Assembly (NCBI GenBank): GCA_024137785.1 | Contig: JAHRHZ010000051.1 | Location: 12,921,427-12,985,426, forward strand | DNA: 64,000 bases | Reading direction: 5' to 3' | Origin: Ginglymostoma cirratum | Taxonomy: Eukaryota | In this document: piece by piece, positions 1-13,239 of the stretch | Position numbering within the stretch: the first letter of the stretch is position 1 | Layout: every line of letters begins with the position of its first letter | Made by a program: the position numbers and the translations under genes | Notes under the pieces: model-generated | Databases searched by the model: none | What the model was told of the DNA's origin: nothing | The model's input: the letters and a program-made list of their open reading frames with translations, nothing else

Positions 1-201
1 GTTTGGAATGACCTGCCAGAGAAAGTGGTGGATTCAGATACAGTTACAATGCTTTGAAGTCATCTGGATAAGTTCATAAATATGAAGGATTTGGAGGGAT
101 ATGGGCCAAGCACAGGCAGGTGGGACTAGTTTAGTTTGGGAACGTGATTGATGTGGACTGGTTGGATTGAAGGGCCTGTTTACATGCTGTATGACTCCAT
201 G
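1..201 (+). mobile_element. CR1-type LINE 3' end
   Basis: tggaatgacctgccagagaaagtggtgg...catctggataagttcat...gggcctgtttacatgctgtatgactccatg, similar to the 3' end of the CR1 at 9272-10177. Confidence 0.85.
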
Positions 202-202
202 G

Positions 203-797
203 CACAATTCCAGGAATTGAGCACAAAATCCATGTTGGCAGTCCAAAGCAGACCTTGTAGATTGCTGCACTGGCAGAGATGTTTCTCGGTTGGGACATTA
301 AATCCTAGGCTCCATCTACCCTCTTGGATAGACACAAAAGATCCCATGGAACTATTCAAAGAAGAGCAGGGGTGGTCTCCCTGGTGTCTTGGCCTATAAT
401 TACCAAACATCGTCGATAAAACAGATGAAAGCAAGAATCAAAATTAGATCTTTATCACGTCAACGCATGCAGGACTCCATTTAGCATTAATTGGCTGTCA
501 ATTTTTCAACATTTCAGGACTGTCAATGCTAGACAAGAAAATTTTTGAATGGACCTCTCATATACTAAAGTTGATCTTTCTCTGCACCTTCTCTGCAGCT
601 GTAACACTATATTCTGCATTCTGCTCTCTTACCCTGTTGTACTTATGTAAGGTATGATTTGCTGGCATAGCAAGTAAAACAATACTTTTCACTGCATCTC
701 GATACATAACAATAAAAAATATAATCAAATCAAACAGAGCACTTTCAGGTGTCCTCTGGTTGTGAGAAGTGCTATATAAATATTGATGCTGCTTCTT
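203..797 (+). mobile_element. Deu-domain SINE (SacSINE1/AmnSINE1-like), interrupted
   Basis: aaaagatcccatggaactattcaaagaagagcaggggtggtctccctggtgtcttggcc; tail gtgctatataaat...tctttc; split by an insertion at ~548-735. Confidence 0.7.
548..735 (+). mobile_element. Rex1/Babar-like LINE 3' end nested in a SINE
   Basis: aaaacaatacttttcactgcatctcgatacataacaataa followed by an (atcaa)n tail. Confidence 0.55.
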
Positions 798-1202
798 TCA
801 TTATCTTACCGTTGTTCATGGTAAATAGTTGTAAGCTCACCATTTATGCAGACTAAATTTTAAAATTGCTTATTATTCATAGTCACTTATTACTCATCTC
901 ATGTCTATGTGCCCTTTTTAGACAAGGGAATGCATTTCACTTTAGAAACTGAACATAAAAAGTAACTTATTCTTAAATTATTTCTTTGTGAAAGATGGTC
1001 AAACAATCCAAAGCACAACAAAAGCACACATTTGCGGCTGAACATTGATCAAAATCAGACACAAATTAATGTGCCTCTTTATTATCCATTGTAACTCCTT
1101 AACTTGCTCTTCCAACTAAGGGCAGCAGAGACCAAGAATGGAAAATAAGGCTTCCTAGTCCCCTTGGTTTTGTACTACATAAGACGAGGTATATTTCTAT
1201 TA

Positions 1203-1818
1203 ACAAGGCGTGGGGCTGGATGAACACAGCAGGCCAAGCAGCATCATAGGAGCAGGAAACCTTGATGTTTCGGGCCTAGACCCTTCATTTCTGATGAAGG
1301 GTCTAGGCCCAAAACATCAAGTTTTCCTACTCCTATGATGCTGCTTGGCCTGCTGTGTTCATCCAGCCCCANNNNNNNNNNNNNNNNNNNNNNNNNNNNN
1401 NNNNNNNNNNNNNNNNNNNNNNNNNNNNNNNNNNNNNNNNNNNNNNNNNNNNNNNNNNNNNNNNNNNNNNNNNNNNNNNNNNNNNNNNNNNNNNNNNNNN
1501 NNNNNNNNNNNNNNNNNNNNNNNNNNNNNNNNNNNNNNNNNNNNNNNNNNNNNNNNNNNNNNNNNNNNNNNNNNNNNNNNNNNNNNNNNNNNNNNNNNNN
1601 NNNNNNNNNNNNNNNNNNNNNNNNNNNNNNNNNNNNNNNNNNNNNNNNNNNNNNNNNNNNNNNNNNNNNNNNNNNNNNNNNNNNNNNNNNNNNNNNNNNN
1701 NNNNNNNNNNNNNNNNNNNNNNNNNNNNNNNNNNNNNNNNNNNNNNNNNNNNNNNNNNNNNNNNNNNNNNNGCCTTGTTATCTCGGATTCTCCAGCATCT
1801 GCAGTACCTTTTATCTCT
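1203..1818. mobile_element. Palindromic Penelope-like (family A) terminal mini-insertion, containing an assembly gap
   Basis: Arm 1201-1288 is the reverse complement of 1294-1371 plus 1772-1780. TSD gtatatttctatta at 1189-1202 and 1819-1832. Same sequence as the 3' terminus of the PLE at 43944-44443. Confidence 0.9.
1372..1771. other. Assembly gap (400 N)
   Basis: Run of N. Confidence 1.
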
Positions 1819-4384
1819 GTATATTTCTATTACTTTATTTGAGAAGCTGCATTATGAACTTTGATATTTTTTCATGGTTCTATTTCTGTTAAATGTAATT
1901 AAAATCCTGTATAAGCAGTCAGGAATGAATGAGGTCTTGCTGAGAGTCAAAGGAACCTGAGCTACTTCACCAAAAATTAATCGTTAACTTGCATATTTCA
2001 GGCTTAACCATTATACATTAACCCTATTTGATAAATTCACAAAACAGTATCCTCACGTTGTATGGGTATTATGAAAAGAAATAGAGAAAAACTAAACTGA
2101 AAAACAAAACTAACATTAATTACACATCTCAGTTACTGTTTAAAGAAGATACTAATTGCACTGCAAGTAATGTTAGTGAAAGAAGATCAGATACAATTAA
2201 GCTGCAATACCAGAAGCTGAAGCAATAATGATACACAGATACATAAAACAATAAAATTAATTCTAATTGTTTGATTGAAGAATGCGAAATATGCTTTCCA
2301 AGTTGAACTAATTTATCTTCTTAAATAGAGAGACACAAGAAGTGTGTACAGGTTTTATTTAGTTCATGTTGATAAAAGGAACAACAATAGGAAAAAGTAC
2401 ATTAGCAAACCGTAAGCAAAGATACAATACGGCAAAACTCATGTCGCAAAATTCTTCAGTTCAGTTTGCAGAAGTATCTGTTTTGATTGACACCAATTAA
2501 AACAATTTAACATATGTGTCATAATCGCAAAGGATCAAAACTTCTTTAAAAGATTGCTCTCAAAATTGGATGCAGAAATGTCAGAGGGGGGACAAAACAC
2601 ATTCCCCTCTAAACCCAATCTTAATGTAATAATGATTTTTATTATGTTTGTAATGTTGAGAACCTACATTTTGTAAAAGAAAAATCTACTTCCAACCACT
2701 TCTTCATCTGTTCCATGCCACTTTCCAAGATTTAGCCTTGCTATCTCTTGAAACACCTTTTATAGCACAAATCAATTCATGTCAATTTATGCAGGGGTTT
2801 ATGCAGTTATTCTTTTGAAACATTTTTGGAATTTAAATTAATCACTTAGTCTATAATCCCATCTTCCAGAAAGATATGAAATACACAAACCTGGTACAGT
2901 GTTAAGAAAACTACAGTAGAGTTCTGCAAAAAACATCTCTCTGGAAACTGTCTTGGGTTGAAGATCATAATATATCATAGAAACTGGCCAATAACTGTAA
3001 TCCTTAGGGCTTACTTCAGCAAAAAAAAGTCCCAAGTATTAAGTATGTAAACATCACGTCGTTATCGCCAATCCTGCATTGTTTATTGCTGTCACCAGAC
3101 TCTGAGTTCATGTTGGAAAAGGTGTTTCGGGAGATAGCAGAGGCTAGGGCTTGGAGAGTGGCACAGATGAGGAAATGGGTGGTACATAATCCTTTTTTTA
3201 CACTCTCGACATTGCAGACAAAAGAAAACTCACCATGGCATTATAATTGGTTTGGAGAGAGATATGTTGTTCCCTTTTTAAGCTTAATACATCTACTTTT
3301 GGGAACAATATTTCAAGGAAGTTTCAATATGTTATGAGACAGGGACACACATATTATTTGTTGCATGATTCAATAACTGGGCCAACCTTGGAATATAAAA
3401 CTTAGAAGGAGAAAACACCAGTCAGCCCATCTAATATGCCGTACTTACATTTTATGTTTCTTCACAAATTGAAGCTTAGGCAGCAGTGATATCATCTCAA
3501 TGGTTTTATTTGCTTTCACTCAGATAGAATTCCTTCCATTTTATCTGCACAATATGGAGCAGAACTATACCATTGCATTCTTTGAACAAACAATTAACAT
3601 AGCCATGATGCTTTCTAGAATAATCCCATTCAGAGTCTATTTTGTTAGAAATGCAATGGAATGCATTAGTGAAATGGTTAATACCATTAATAAAGTTCAA
3701 CATATCTTTTATTCCAATATGGTCCTTTGATGAGGTGAGAACTATTACAGTCTTGTAGCTGAGTACAGTCCTGTGTTTCTACAAGCTGTATTTACAAGCT
3801 CAAGAATGAAATTGAGTTGTCTATGCAGAAACAGTAGATCACTTGTAATAGTTTTAAATTATTACATATCAAAATTCAGGCAGTAAGATTGAAGTATATA
3901 TTTGTGCAGTAAGATAAAGTTGCAATTTTACTTAATGTGCGAAAGACAGAAATGACAAAATGTTAAAGGACATTGATCATTGTTTTGGCTTGATGGTTGA
4001 GAAGTTGACAATGTCATAGCTCCTGATTTGATCTGAGCAGTTGGAATAGCATAAAATATTTGGTTCACTATAGTGTCAGTTATTCATTTTTTTATATTCA
4101 TTGAAATTGGTTGAATCTACCATTTGAATTTTGTGACATAGGAACAGAATGAGGCCATTTAGCACCCTGAGTCTTTCAACGAGATTATGGTTTGCAAGGA
4201 TTCCCATTTCCCAGTCCTTGTCCTATAGCCCCTCATATATTTGGTTACCAAGGAAAATAATTTAAAAATGATCAATTGAGCTATCAATATTTCTTTGTAA
4301 TTCTGTTTTGTGATAAAAATAAATGCTAAACTTGGAAGGAATATTATGGTCTTCCAGTTTTAAATAAAATGCCTCCTGGTGGGA

Positions 4385-4785
4385 GGGCCCTTTATCCTTA
4401 TTTGAGTACATAATCAATGTTGACGACACCAATGCAATATGGATGGACTACTTCACTGTTGAAGGTACCATTTTTTTGAGAGCGATGTAAAGTCGAGGTC
4501 CTGTCTTCCCTCTCAATTGGACATAAAAGAGCCAGAGAATTATTCCCCAGGGTCCTAGATCATCTTTATCTCTCAATGGACATCTAAGAAAAAAAACATG
4601 AATTGCTCACTTTGTTGATCTCAATGCAGTTTGTGAGTGTTTGCTGTGCAGAGTTTGGCTATCACATTTTCATATTTACCATAAAACAGCAGTGATTACT
4701 CTTCAGAACAACCTAATTAGTCGCGAAGTGTTTTAGGAGACTCCAAAATTGTGAACATATCATTTAAATGCAAGCCTACCTCTCT
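4385..4785 (+). mobile_element. Deu-domain SINE, decayed
   Basis: gatgtaaagtcgaggtcctgtcttccctctcaattggacataaaagagcc; tail ttaaatgcaagcctacctctcttt. Confidence 0.6.
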
Positions 4786-6225
4786 TTAGTAGTCAGACAG
4801 GCTATTTATGGATTAAATGTGGCAGGCCTCCATTAATAATTACAAGCTGATCTACATGATTATACATGAACAAAATCTCCCTTTGTTTTATACACTGGCT
4901 GCTATAATGTCAGAGACATCAATCTCCAAACAAGTTACAGATTAACACACTTTCGCTCCATGAAACAGAAGATAAAACCTACCAGGGAAAAACTAACCAA
5001 TCAACCTTCTAGCATCTGAAATACTGTCATTCAACTTCCTTTTGGGGGACCATCATAGAAATAGGATTATGTGCACTTAATTGCCACATTTTGTGATATT
5101 TGGGCAGTGGCAGGAGGGTCAAAAGCCCAGCCCACATAAAGGCAAAAAGGTCCAAGCCATTTTGAGGGGCAGGTCACATTTGCTTTAGCGCTCTTCCAGA
5201 ACCCACATAAATCAGCCTCATCTCCTTAAGGATTATTGTTTAGAACACTCAAAGTCTGATTTTTCAACTTGCAGCAAATGAATGCTTCCATGTAAAGCCC
5301 ACTGAAGGCCCAGAAAAACATCACAGTGGCAGCAACAGAAATGAGAATGGATGGTAAATGACACACTGCCATTTTGTTGCCCATTGTGTGTTTGCCGTAT
5401 TAATCTATACTTTCACTTTTTTTCTTCTGAACTGGAACTGTAAATAGTTCTGATACAGATCTGAATAAATTTGAAGAGCTATAGACAGAACAATAATTTT
5501 GTGCTCCTGCAATTCTACGAACAAATTTACTTCACAATTATAACTCGACAAGCTGCTTGCCTGCTGACTGAATAGTGGTCAAGTTTTGTGCTAAAATAAT
5601 CTCAGATAAGCCAACTTGTCTAAAATAAAATGTTATCTTACAATGTATCAAATCAGTATTTTCCAGTCTATATTATGTACTCGCCATAAGATCACACTAT
5701 TACAAGAAAATCTAATTCCACACGATTAATTTGGATGAAGGAACATGATCTTACATCTAGATAAACCTAGTTTTCTGTCTCGCATCTGTGTCCCAAGATT
5801 GCATGACTTTTTCCTCCAGTACCACTGCTAAAATCATTTTCTAAAGCAAATAATTCTTTGCCTGACTTCCTGACACTAATACAAACTTATCACTCGCTAA
5901 TTTAAAATTGTGTCTACTTTGTCCTGCTTTCATTGAAGAAGTACTCACAATTTCGCCATTTTATACTGTTTGACTTTCTAAATACCACAAGAAAGTCCTG
6001 GTCAAATTATTTATCTGACTTCCACCACTACATGAGCAGAAATTTCCTCCATTTAAGGGTTGATAATGACTAAAGCTAACATCTTTAGCCCACCAGAAAC
6101 TGTTACCCAGCCAAACGCTCCATCCCTAGATTTCACTGTTCCACCTTCCCATGTTCTTTTCTACACAAACCTGAGGCCATATAAATCTCAACTGCCTCTT
6201 TACTCACACCAATTCCTTCTGTATA

Positions 6226-7020
6226 AATTCATTCTCAGGATGTGAGCATCCCAGGTGATGACAGCATTTATCACTCGTTCTTAATTGCCCAATAGACGGT
6301 GGTGATGTGCTTCCTTCTTGAAATGCTGCAATCCATGAGTTGTAGATACACCCACAGTGCCACTATGGAGGAGTTTAGAATTTTGACCCAACGACAGTGA
6401 AGGAATGGTATTGCGTGTCCATATGTGACAAGGAGTCAAATTTGCAGGTGTTCGTGTCTCCATGTGCCTGTTGCCCTTGCCTTTTTAGATGGTACAAATC
6501 AAGGATTTGGAAGGTGCTATTGAAGGAGCCTTGGAAAGTTACTGCAGTGCATCTGCTACTATTATGGTTCAGTGATGAAATGTTTGAATGTTGAAAATAG
6601 TGGCTGGGATACCAATCAAGTGGCCTCTTTTGTCCTGGATGGGTCAATCATCTTGAGTGTTTTCCAGGCCAAGTGGGAAGCATTATACCCTTGATGTGCC
6701 TGATAAATGGTGACCAGACTCTGGGAAGTCAGGATTTCAGTTACTCACCACAGAATTCCTCGACTCTAATCTACCTTTGTAGCCATTGTGTTTGAATGGC
6801 TAATCCAATTAATTTTCTGGTCTATAGAAACTGGATATTGATGGTGGGGATTCCCATTGAATGTCAAGGGAGATATTTAGATTCACTCTTAATAGAAATG
6901 CTAATTATCTGGCACTTGTGCAGTGGTGAATGCTATTCAGCCCAAATCTGAATGTTGTCCAGGTTTTGCCTCACATGGACACAAACTACTTCAGTATCAG
7001 AATTTGCGAACAGAGTGAAT
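6226..7020 (-). mobile_element. LINE (CR1/L2-group) 3' portion
   Basis: Minus-strand C-terminus ...TTHGLQHFKKEAHHHRLLGN* followed by a 3' tail ...gataaatgctg...gatgctcacatcctgagaatgaat, homologous to 27720-27856. Confidence 0.8.
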
Positions 7021-8574
7021 TTAAATGCAGAAAGTGCTGGAAATATTCAGCTGCGATGCCAGCATCTTTAGATGAGAAACAGAGTTAATATTCCAAGCCT
7101 GTGCATCAGAACTGGGGCATGCACCCAGGAAAGGATCACACAAGCTGGGTTGAAAATAGATAGGTCTGGGTGTGGTTGGGTTGAAGCCAGTTTGATAGGT
7201 GTTCATATTACCGACGCCAAGGCTGAACACATTCTGCTGCTCTTCCTGTTAGCTTAAATATAACTAATAACACTCAACATTTCAGTTGCCAGGTTTTACT
7301 CAATGGAAATTTACACAGCTTGGTCCACCAATTAGGAAATTTGTGTTTTTTAGAGTCTTATTCACATTTACATTTTGAATGAAATTTTGAATTCAAATTA
7401 CAAATGAAATGCATATCTTAGATAAATAAACATCTGGGCAAAACCACTATCAATGAATAGTTCCCTACCAACCAGTCACTTCTTTCTAATCTCAACATAA
7501 GTAACTGCCTGAAATTGGAAATGAGAGAGATGAAAATGTGGTTTAAAATTGGATTTAGAATGTCTAAAATTGAGATGCTTCAATGACTAGGTCTAGCACA
7601 TAAAATGCAGCTATGACAAAATGTTTGTGGTTCTCATACGTACACTTTGTTGTACTCAATACTGTTATAATTTAGCTTACACAAAGGAGCATGGGCAAGG
7701 CTGTCTGCTCCTGACTAAATGGACATGCACGGCTGCTCCAAACCACATTACATTGGCATAGATAAACACCTCACTCCAGTACCATTGTACACAATCTCCC
7801 ATTAAACTGCTGGATTTAATAGCTGGGTATACCAAATGCCAACACTGTTAACGTCAGGCATAAAATCCATGCTGGGGTGTTAAATCAACTTTGCAAAGTA
7901 TTTCTGCCAGCTCTTGGCTTAATCATTGAGGTAGGCAAAACACAAATAAAGCAACTATAAAAGGCATGAGATGACCTCAAATTCATTAAGTATTGATGAT
8001 GATAATGATGCCCATTTGAAATAGAATTTCATACCCTCTGCTCCATTAGAAAAGTACTCTCAGACAAATCTTCCTAATGCTGCAAGCTACATATAACAGC
8101 ACTATGATTTGCAAAGCACAGGAAGCTATTATCAATGATTGAAGAGTTTTAGAATTTTTAAGTAATCTCTGATTGCCCATAAATTTATTGTTGTGATGAA
8201 TGTATATTCTATAGCATAATAAGCAGTAGTAACTAATAGGTAACTGAAAGAAATGACAACCTACCAAATAAATTAATTCATGGACAAGAAGTTACCTTCA
8301 GTGAAAAGTCAGAAGAGATGCAATATATGTGAGTAATTCCAAAAGGTGAACACCCAATAGTTTAGATAAGACTGCTTCACCGTACATCTTTACAATCTTC
8401 ATTTTCTTTTCCCCCAGGTTTACTTCTTCCTACTACCCCCTTTCATTATGTGAAAATCTTAGGAAATGTTGGCAAAGCAAATGCAGCCATGTGGAAATTA
8501 GCTCACGTGACCATTTTGTCATTATTGAACTGGCTTATGAAAAGCAATGACTCTTTGAAACCTTGGTAAATGGT

Positions 8575-8935
8575 AGAATAAAATTATCTTTTCTGCTAGG
8601 GGAATTCAGAACACATGCATATAACTTTCACATTGAAGTGAAGTTGTTTGGGTAATTTCAGGAAGCACTTCTAAACAAAAAGAGTCACGGAAATATGGAA
8701 ACTCTTCCCTCCCCCCTCACCCGTTAAAAGAAGCCATTGACTCTCTTCCCCTTAAAAAAAGTGCTGTTGAGCCCAAGTCAATTTTAAATTTCAAAACAGG
8801 CTAATAGATTTTTGTTAATCAAGCGTATTAACAGTTACAAAAGGCAAGGTGGGTAAAAGAAGTTGAGATAGAGATTAAACTAGATCTAATTGAATGGGGG
8901 ATAGGTTCAAGTAGTTGAATAGTGTGCTCCATTCT
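8575..8935 (+). mobile_element. Old CR1 3' fragment
   Basis: ttcaggaagcacttc...gaaatatggaaactcttccc...atagatttttgttaatcaag...gatctaattgaatgggggg. Confidence 0.6.
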
Positions 8936-9071
8936 CAATGTCCAATCAAGCCATTACTTCTTAGCATGGTCACATGTTTTTGCTCAGATCCTGGGGGAAC
9001 ACAATTTCAGACCTAGTTTTGTGTTACAGATCAACTTTGAACGAACAAGATCAGGTATCATCATAAAAGCA

Positions 9072-9244
9072 AAGATAAAATCAGAGTTAACGTTTTGGGT
9101 CCGGTGACTCTTCCTCAGAATGGGTCACTGAACCTGAAACGTTAACTGATCTTTTTCTTCACAGATGCTGCCAGACCTGCTGATCTTTTCCAGCAACTTC
9201 TGTTTTTGATCCTGATTTACAGCATCCACAGTCTTTCAGTTTTT
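9072..9244. mobile_element. Penelope-like family B terminus with a short inverted duplication
   Basis: agttaacgttttgggtccggtgactc (9085-9110) is an inverted copy of gggtcactgaacctgaaacgttaact (9122-9147), followed by acagatgctgccagacctgctga...gatttacagcatc. Confidence 0.75.
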
Positions 9245-9271
9245 AGTGTGCATATTGGGGTCATTAAGAAT

Positions 9272-10177
9272 ACAAAATTGATGGTGTAATGGACAGCAAA
9301 GAAGGTTACCTCAGTGTATAACAGGACCTTGTTCAGATGGGCCAATGGGCTGAGGAGTGGCAGACAGAGGTTAATTTTGATAAATGTGAGGTGCTACATT
9401 TTGGAAAGGCAAATCAGATCAGGACTTATACACTTAATGGTAAGGTCCTGGGAAGTGTTGCCAAACAAAAGAGATCTTGGAGGGCAGGTTCATAGCTCCT
9501 TGAATGTGGAGTCACAGTTAGACAGTTTAGTGAAGAAGACGTTTGGTATACTTGCCTTTATCTGTCAGTGCATTGAGAATAGGAGTTGGGAGGATATGTT
9601 ACAGCTGTACAGGATTTTGGTTAGGCTGCCTTTGGAATACTGTGTTCAATTTTGGTCCCCTTGCTATAGGAAAGGCGTTGTGAAACTTGAAAGGATTCAT
9701 AAAAGATATACAAAAATGTTGGCAGGATTGGAGACTTTAATCTGTAGGGAGAGGCTGAGTAGGCTGGGGCTATTTTCCCTGGAGCGTCAGAGGCTGAGGG
9801 ATGACGTTATAGATGTTTATAAAATCATGGGGGTCATGGATAGGATGAACAGTCAAGGTCTTTTCTGCTATGTAAGGGAATCCTAAACTAGCAAGCATAA
9901 GTTTAGGGTGAGAGGGGAAAGATTTAAAAGGGACCTAAAGGGTAACTTTTTCACGCAGAGGGTGGTGCATGCATGGAATGAAGTGCCAGAGGAAGTGATG
10001 GAGCCTGGCACAATTAAAACACTTAAAATGCATCAGGATGGTGTATGGATAGGAAGGATTTAGAGGAATATGAGTCAAATGCTGGCAAATGGGACTAGAT
10101 TTATTTAGGATATCTGGTCAGCATGGATAAGTTGGACCAAAGGGTCTGTTTCCGTGCTGCGCATCTTTATGACTCTA
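9272..10177 (+). mobile_element. CR1 LINE (HER1-like), 5'-truncated: RT C-terminus and 3' UTR
   Basis: ORF 9314-9886 contains LQLYRILVRLPLEYCVQFWSPCYRKGVVKLERIHKRYTKML...ERLSRLGLFSLERQRLRDDVIDVYKIM; ends gggtctgtttccgtgctg...atgactcta. Confidence 0.95.
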
Positions 10178-10744
10178 CGACAGGCCAATTGAGATCTTTA
10201 GCGAATCATTTGAGTCAGCGGTTGAAATGAAGGATTGAAAAGGAAGTAAAATAACAAGCAAGCACAAAGTGAAGCATCCCGACAAATTACAGGCTGGTGA
10301 AGTTAACACCTGCTGTGGTCTAAATGTTAATCGGCAATCTTAACAGAGGATAAAGCAGTCGGGGAAATATAAACCACCCTCTTTGCCAGTAATTGTCACA
10401 CAATCTTTCATTATGTAAAGTGATGAGACTGGGGGTAAAGAATGCACACACAACTAATTGGTGCCAGTCTACAGCACATAGCACAAGAAAAAGGTTTTAA
10501 GTAGCATTCATAGACAAATAGTTCAAAGTCCGCCTGTACAATGTGTCTCACAAGTAAATAAGGAAAATAGGATATTGACTTGTGACATATGGTGTAGAAC
10601 ACAGGTTATCATATATGGCACAAAGCCTATACAAACCATTAGCTTGTTCAATTATTGTACAATCCTGGTCACCGTATTGTAGAACAAGCACTTGCCACTG
10701 AAAGAGATACAGAAAAGGTTATCCATCCAATAACTGCAATCACT

Positions 10745-11155
10745 GGGTATAGCAGCAGAATAGTTCTGTTACTGGACTGTTCATCCACAGGCCCGAACTA
10801 ATTATCCAGAGACGTGTGCTTAAATCCCACCACAGCAGCTGGGGAATTTACATTCAGTTAATTACATTAAAAATTGAATTAAAAGGCTAATATCAATAAT
10901 GATAGCCAATCTAACAGATTGTCGTGAAAGCACATCAGGTTCACTAATCTCCTTCAGGGAAGGGCATCTGCCATTCTCTCCAAATGTGGCCTGTATGTGC
11001 AATCAGACTCACAACAATGTGCTAGGCTCAGACCTGTCCTCCGAAAGGAGTGAGCTGTCCACTCAGTTGCATGCAATGAAGTGACTCGCTAAGAGGGACA
11101 GGCAATAAATGCTGATCTTGTTAGAAATGCCTAAACCCCTTGAATCAATAAAAAT
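10745..11155 (+). mobile_element. tRNA-derived SINE with LINE-like tail
   Basis: gttactggact...aaatcccaccacagcagctggggaattt...ggttcactaatctccttcagggaagg...ggcaataaatgctgatcttg; same family as 33432-33790. Confidence 0.75.
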
Positions 11156-12111
11156 GTCAGACTTTGTGCTACACGAGAGCCTGCAGGAGCTGGGTTTGTT
11201 TACAGTAAATATAAGAAAGGTATCTTGTTGAACCACTCAAAATCCAAAACGGTGACATGTTTGATCCTGATGAGACGTAAGCAGTAAAGTTCAGAAGAAA
11301 TGAATGGTGTACATTCTTGCCACAACCATCCACTACTCAAGAACAATAATTTAAAAGTAAAAATATAAATATTTCATCCACAGGGTAATGTTTTGAGAGG
11401 GCAATTGAGACTAATAACAGAAGCAATTTTAGAAGGGAGCTGACAAGGCATTTGGCCAGAATATCAATAGAGGCACAGACATAATGAACTGTACATTCCA
11501 TTTTTGGACTCTGGAACCAGATAAGTAGACTGAAATATGTTTTCCAAACCTTTGTATTCATATTCTTCTTTGTGAAAGTGGGATTTTTTTTTCCATTTAG
11601 ACAGTTAAGGTATCCAAACATTACAGTTAAGATCTCACCGTTGTTGAAATTCTTATTACTGAAAAAATTATTTATGTCAGGTTGGTTTCTCAACTTGATT
11701 CAACAGATTGGCTCCAGTACTTAACTTATTTGGTCCAGCACTTTCAGTATCTCAGTTGAACAAACTGGCATGACACTTCTCAATTAAAATATTTCTGCAG
11801 CTATTGATGAGAAACACATGTCACTCCAACCAACACATCAACATTACTAACAGCTTTATCCATTAGAACATATTGCAGAGTAACAGCTGGAAATCAAAGA
11901 AAAACAATAACAAATTAGAGTGGTATTTGACTCAGCACTTTACACCCTTCTGGCTGCAACGTTGAGTTCAATAACTTCAGATTATAAACAGTTTCATGTT
12001 TTCAGACAGCAATTTGTCATCGACACAACTCCTAGAACCATCTTTTGTTTCTTTATTACCCTATTACCTAAATTACCCATTGCTTTGTGTGATCCAAGGT
12101 GAGAGATTTTT

Positions 12112-12206
12112 CTGATGAAGGGTCTAGGCGCGAAATGTCAAGCTTTCCTGCTCCTATGATGCTGCTTGGCCTGCTGTGTTCATCCAGCTCCACACCTTGT
12201 TATCTA
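12112..12206 (+). mobile_element. 95-bp PLE family A mini-insertion starting at the hammerhead core
   Basis: ctgatgaagggtctaggcgcgaaatgtcaagc...ccttgttatcta, flanked by 12-bp TSD tgagagattttt (12100-12111, 12207-12218). Confidence 0.9.
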
Positions 12207-12762
12207 TGAGAGATTTTTAGTTTATTTTACAATTTGGACTTTAACTAGCAGCTTGTAGATTTTGGTCTATGTGTTTATGAGGGCGCTGTTAGTTAAACTT
12301 GTTTGGTTTTAAAATCATGCTGAAGAAAAAACTGTGTGTGTGAGGAAGCAGCTCCGGGAGTAATAATGGGAATTCACTTCAGGGAAAGTTTCATGACTAA
12401 AGAGAATAAACATTGCATTAGCTTGCTTTTGGTTTAATAAAAGCAAGAATTGATTAATTTTTGCTTAGGAGAAAAACCCACAGTTTGAAAAGCTTTTGGT
12501 TTTAGTTCACTGAAGGCCTAGCTGAGATTAACTGTAAGGATAGCTTCTCCTTGACAAACAAGTCAGTTTAGACCAATTAAGAAATAGGTTACTTCTGTGA
12601 AAGAGTTTAATTTAAAATTTCCAGATCGGATATGTTTGGTTTATGTGAAGCTAAGAAAGTTTAAGTTCAATTGCTAGACTAATCAAGGAAAGGCTCTCAA
12701 GACCAACAATTGAAAGAAACAGTGATGATATGATAGAGAAAGGAGGTTTGTCTGATATTTCG

Positions 12763-12977
12763 ATACGGGGGTTCTGCTATAATGCATGTTTCTTCAATGT
12801 GAATTGGTTTTAATGTGATTGAAGAATTTAGACTGCTACTTGTAGAACGCGAACTTTTCTTACCAGTATTGCCTCTAACATAATTCCAGCCCCATTAGTT
12901 TAAATGGCGTGACTATTGTGCAATTTTCTTATAATGTAAGATCGCATGAGAATAGAACTATTGCGTTACTGTACTGT
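12763..12977. mobile_element. Tigger/pogo-like MITE
   Basis: gttctgctataatgc...aattggttttaatgtgattgaagaat...ctattgcgtta; homologous to 62895-63088. Confidence 0.55.
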
Positions 12978-13239
12978 AAAGTGATTGTGATGGAATAGAT
13001 GAGATTTTATTGTTTCCATGTGCTTTGAAATCTTTTAACATTCTGTTATACGTAAATGGATTGGTTTGTCCTGTGTTACCTTTTTTTGCACAATAAAACT
13101 CCATTTTATTGTTAAAACAAAATCTTCAGCATTGTATGCTTGTGTTTCAGTCAAAGTTCATCGCATTAAATTTTAAAAGTATGATCTATCAAGCTGGATT
13201 TCAGTCTGTGATCCAGCCATACAGCAGTTGTGATCATAA

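Noticed and set aside
1335-1892. Long ORFs spanning N runs (also 28096-28678)
   Set aside because: Artefacts of translating assembly gaps.
9314-9886. 190-aa ORF as a host gene
   Set aside because: It is a frameshifted CR1 reverse-transcriptase C-terminus.
11262-11300. cctgatgagacgtaagc hammerhead-like start
   Set aside because: No GAAA box at a suitable distance and no stems.
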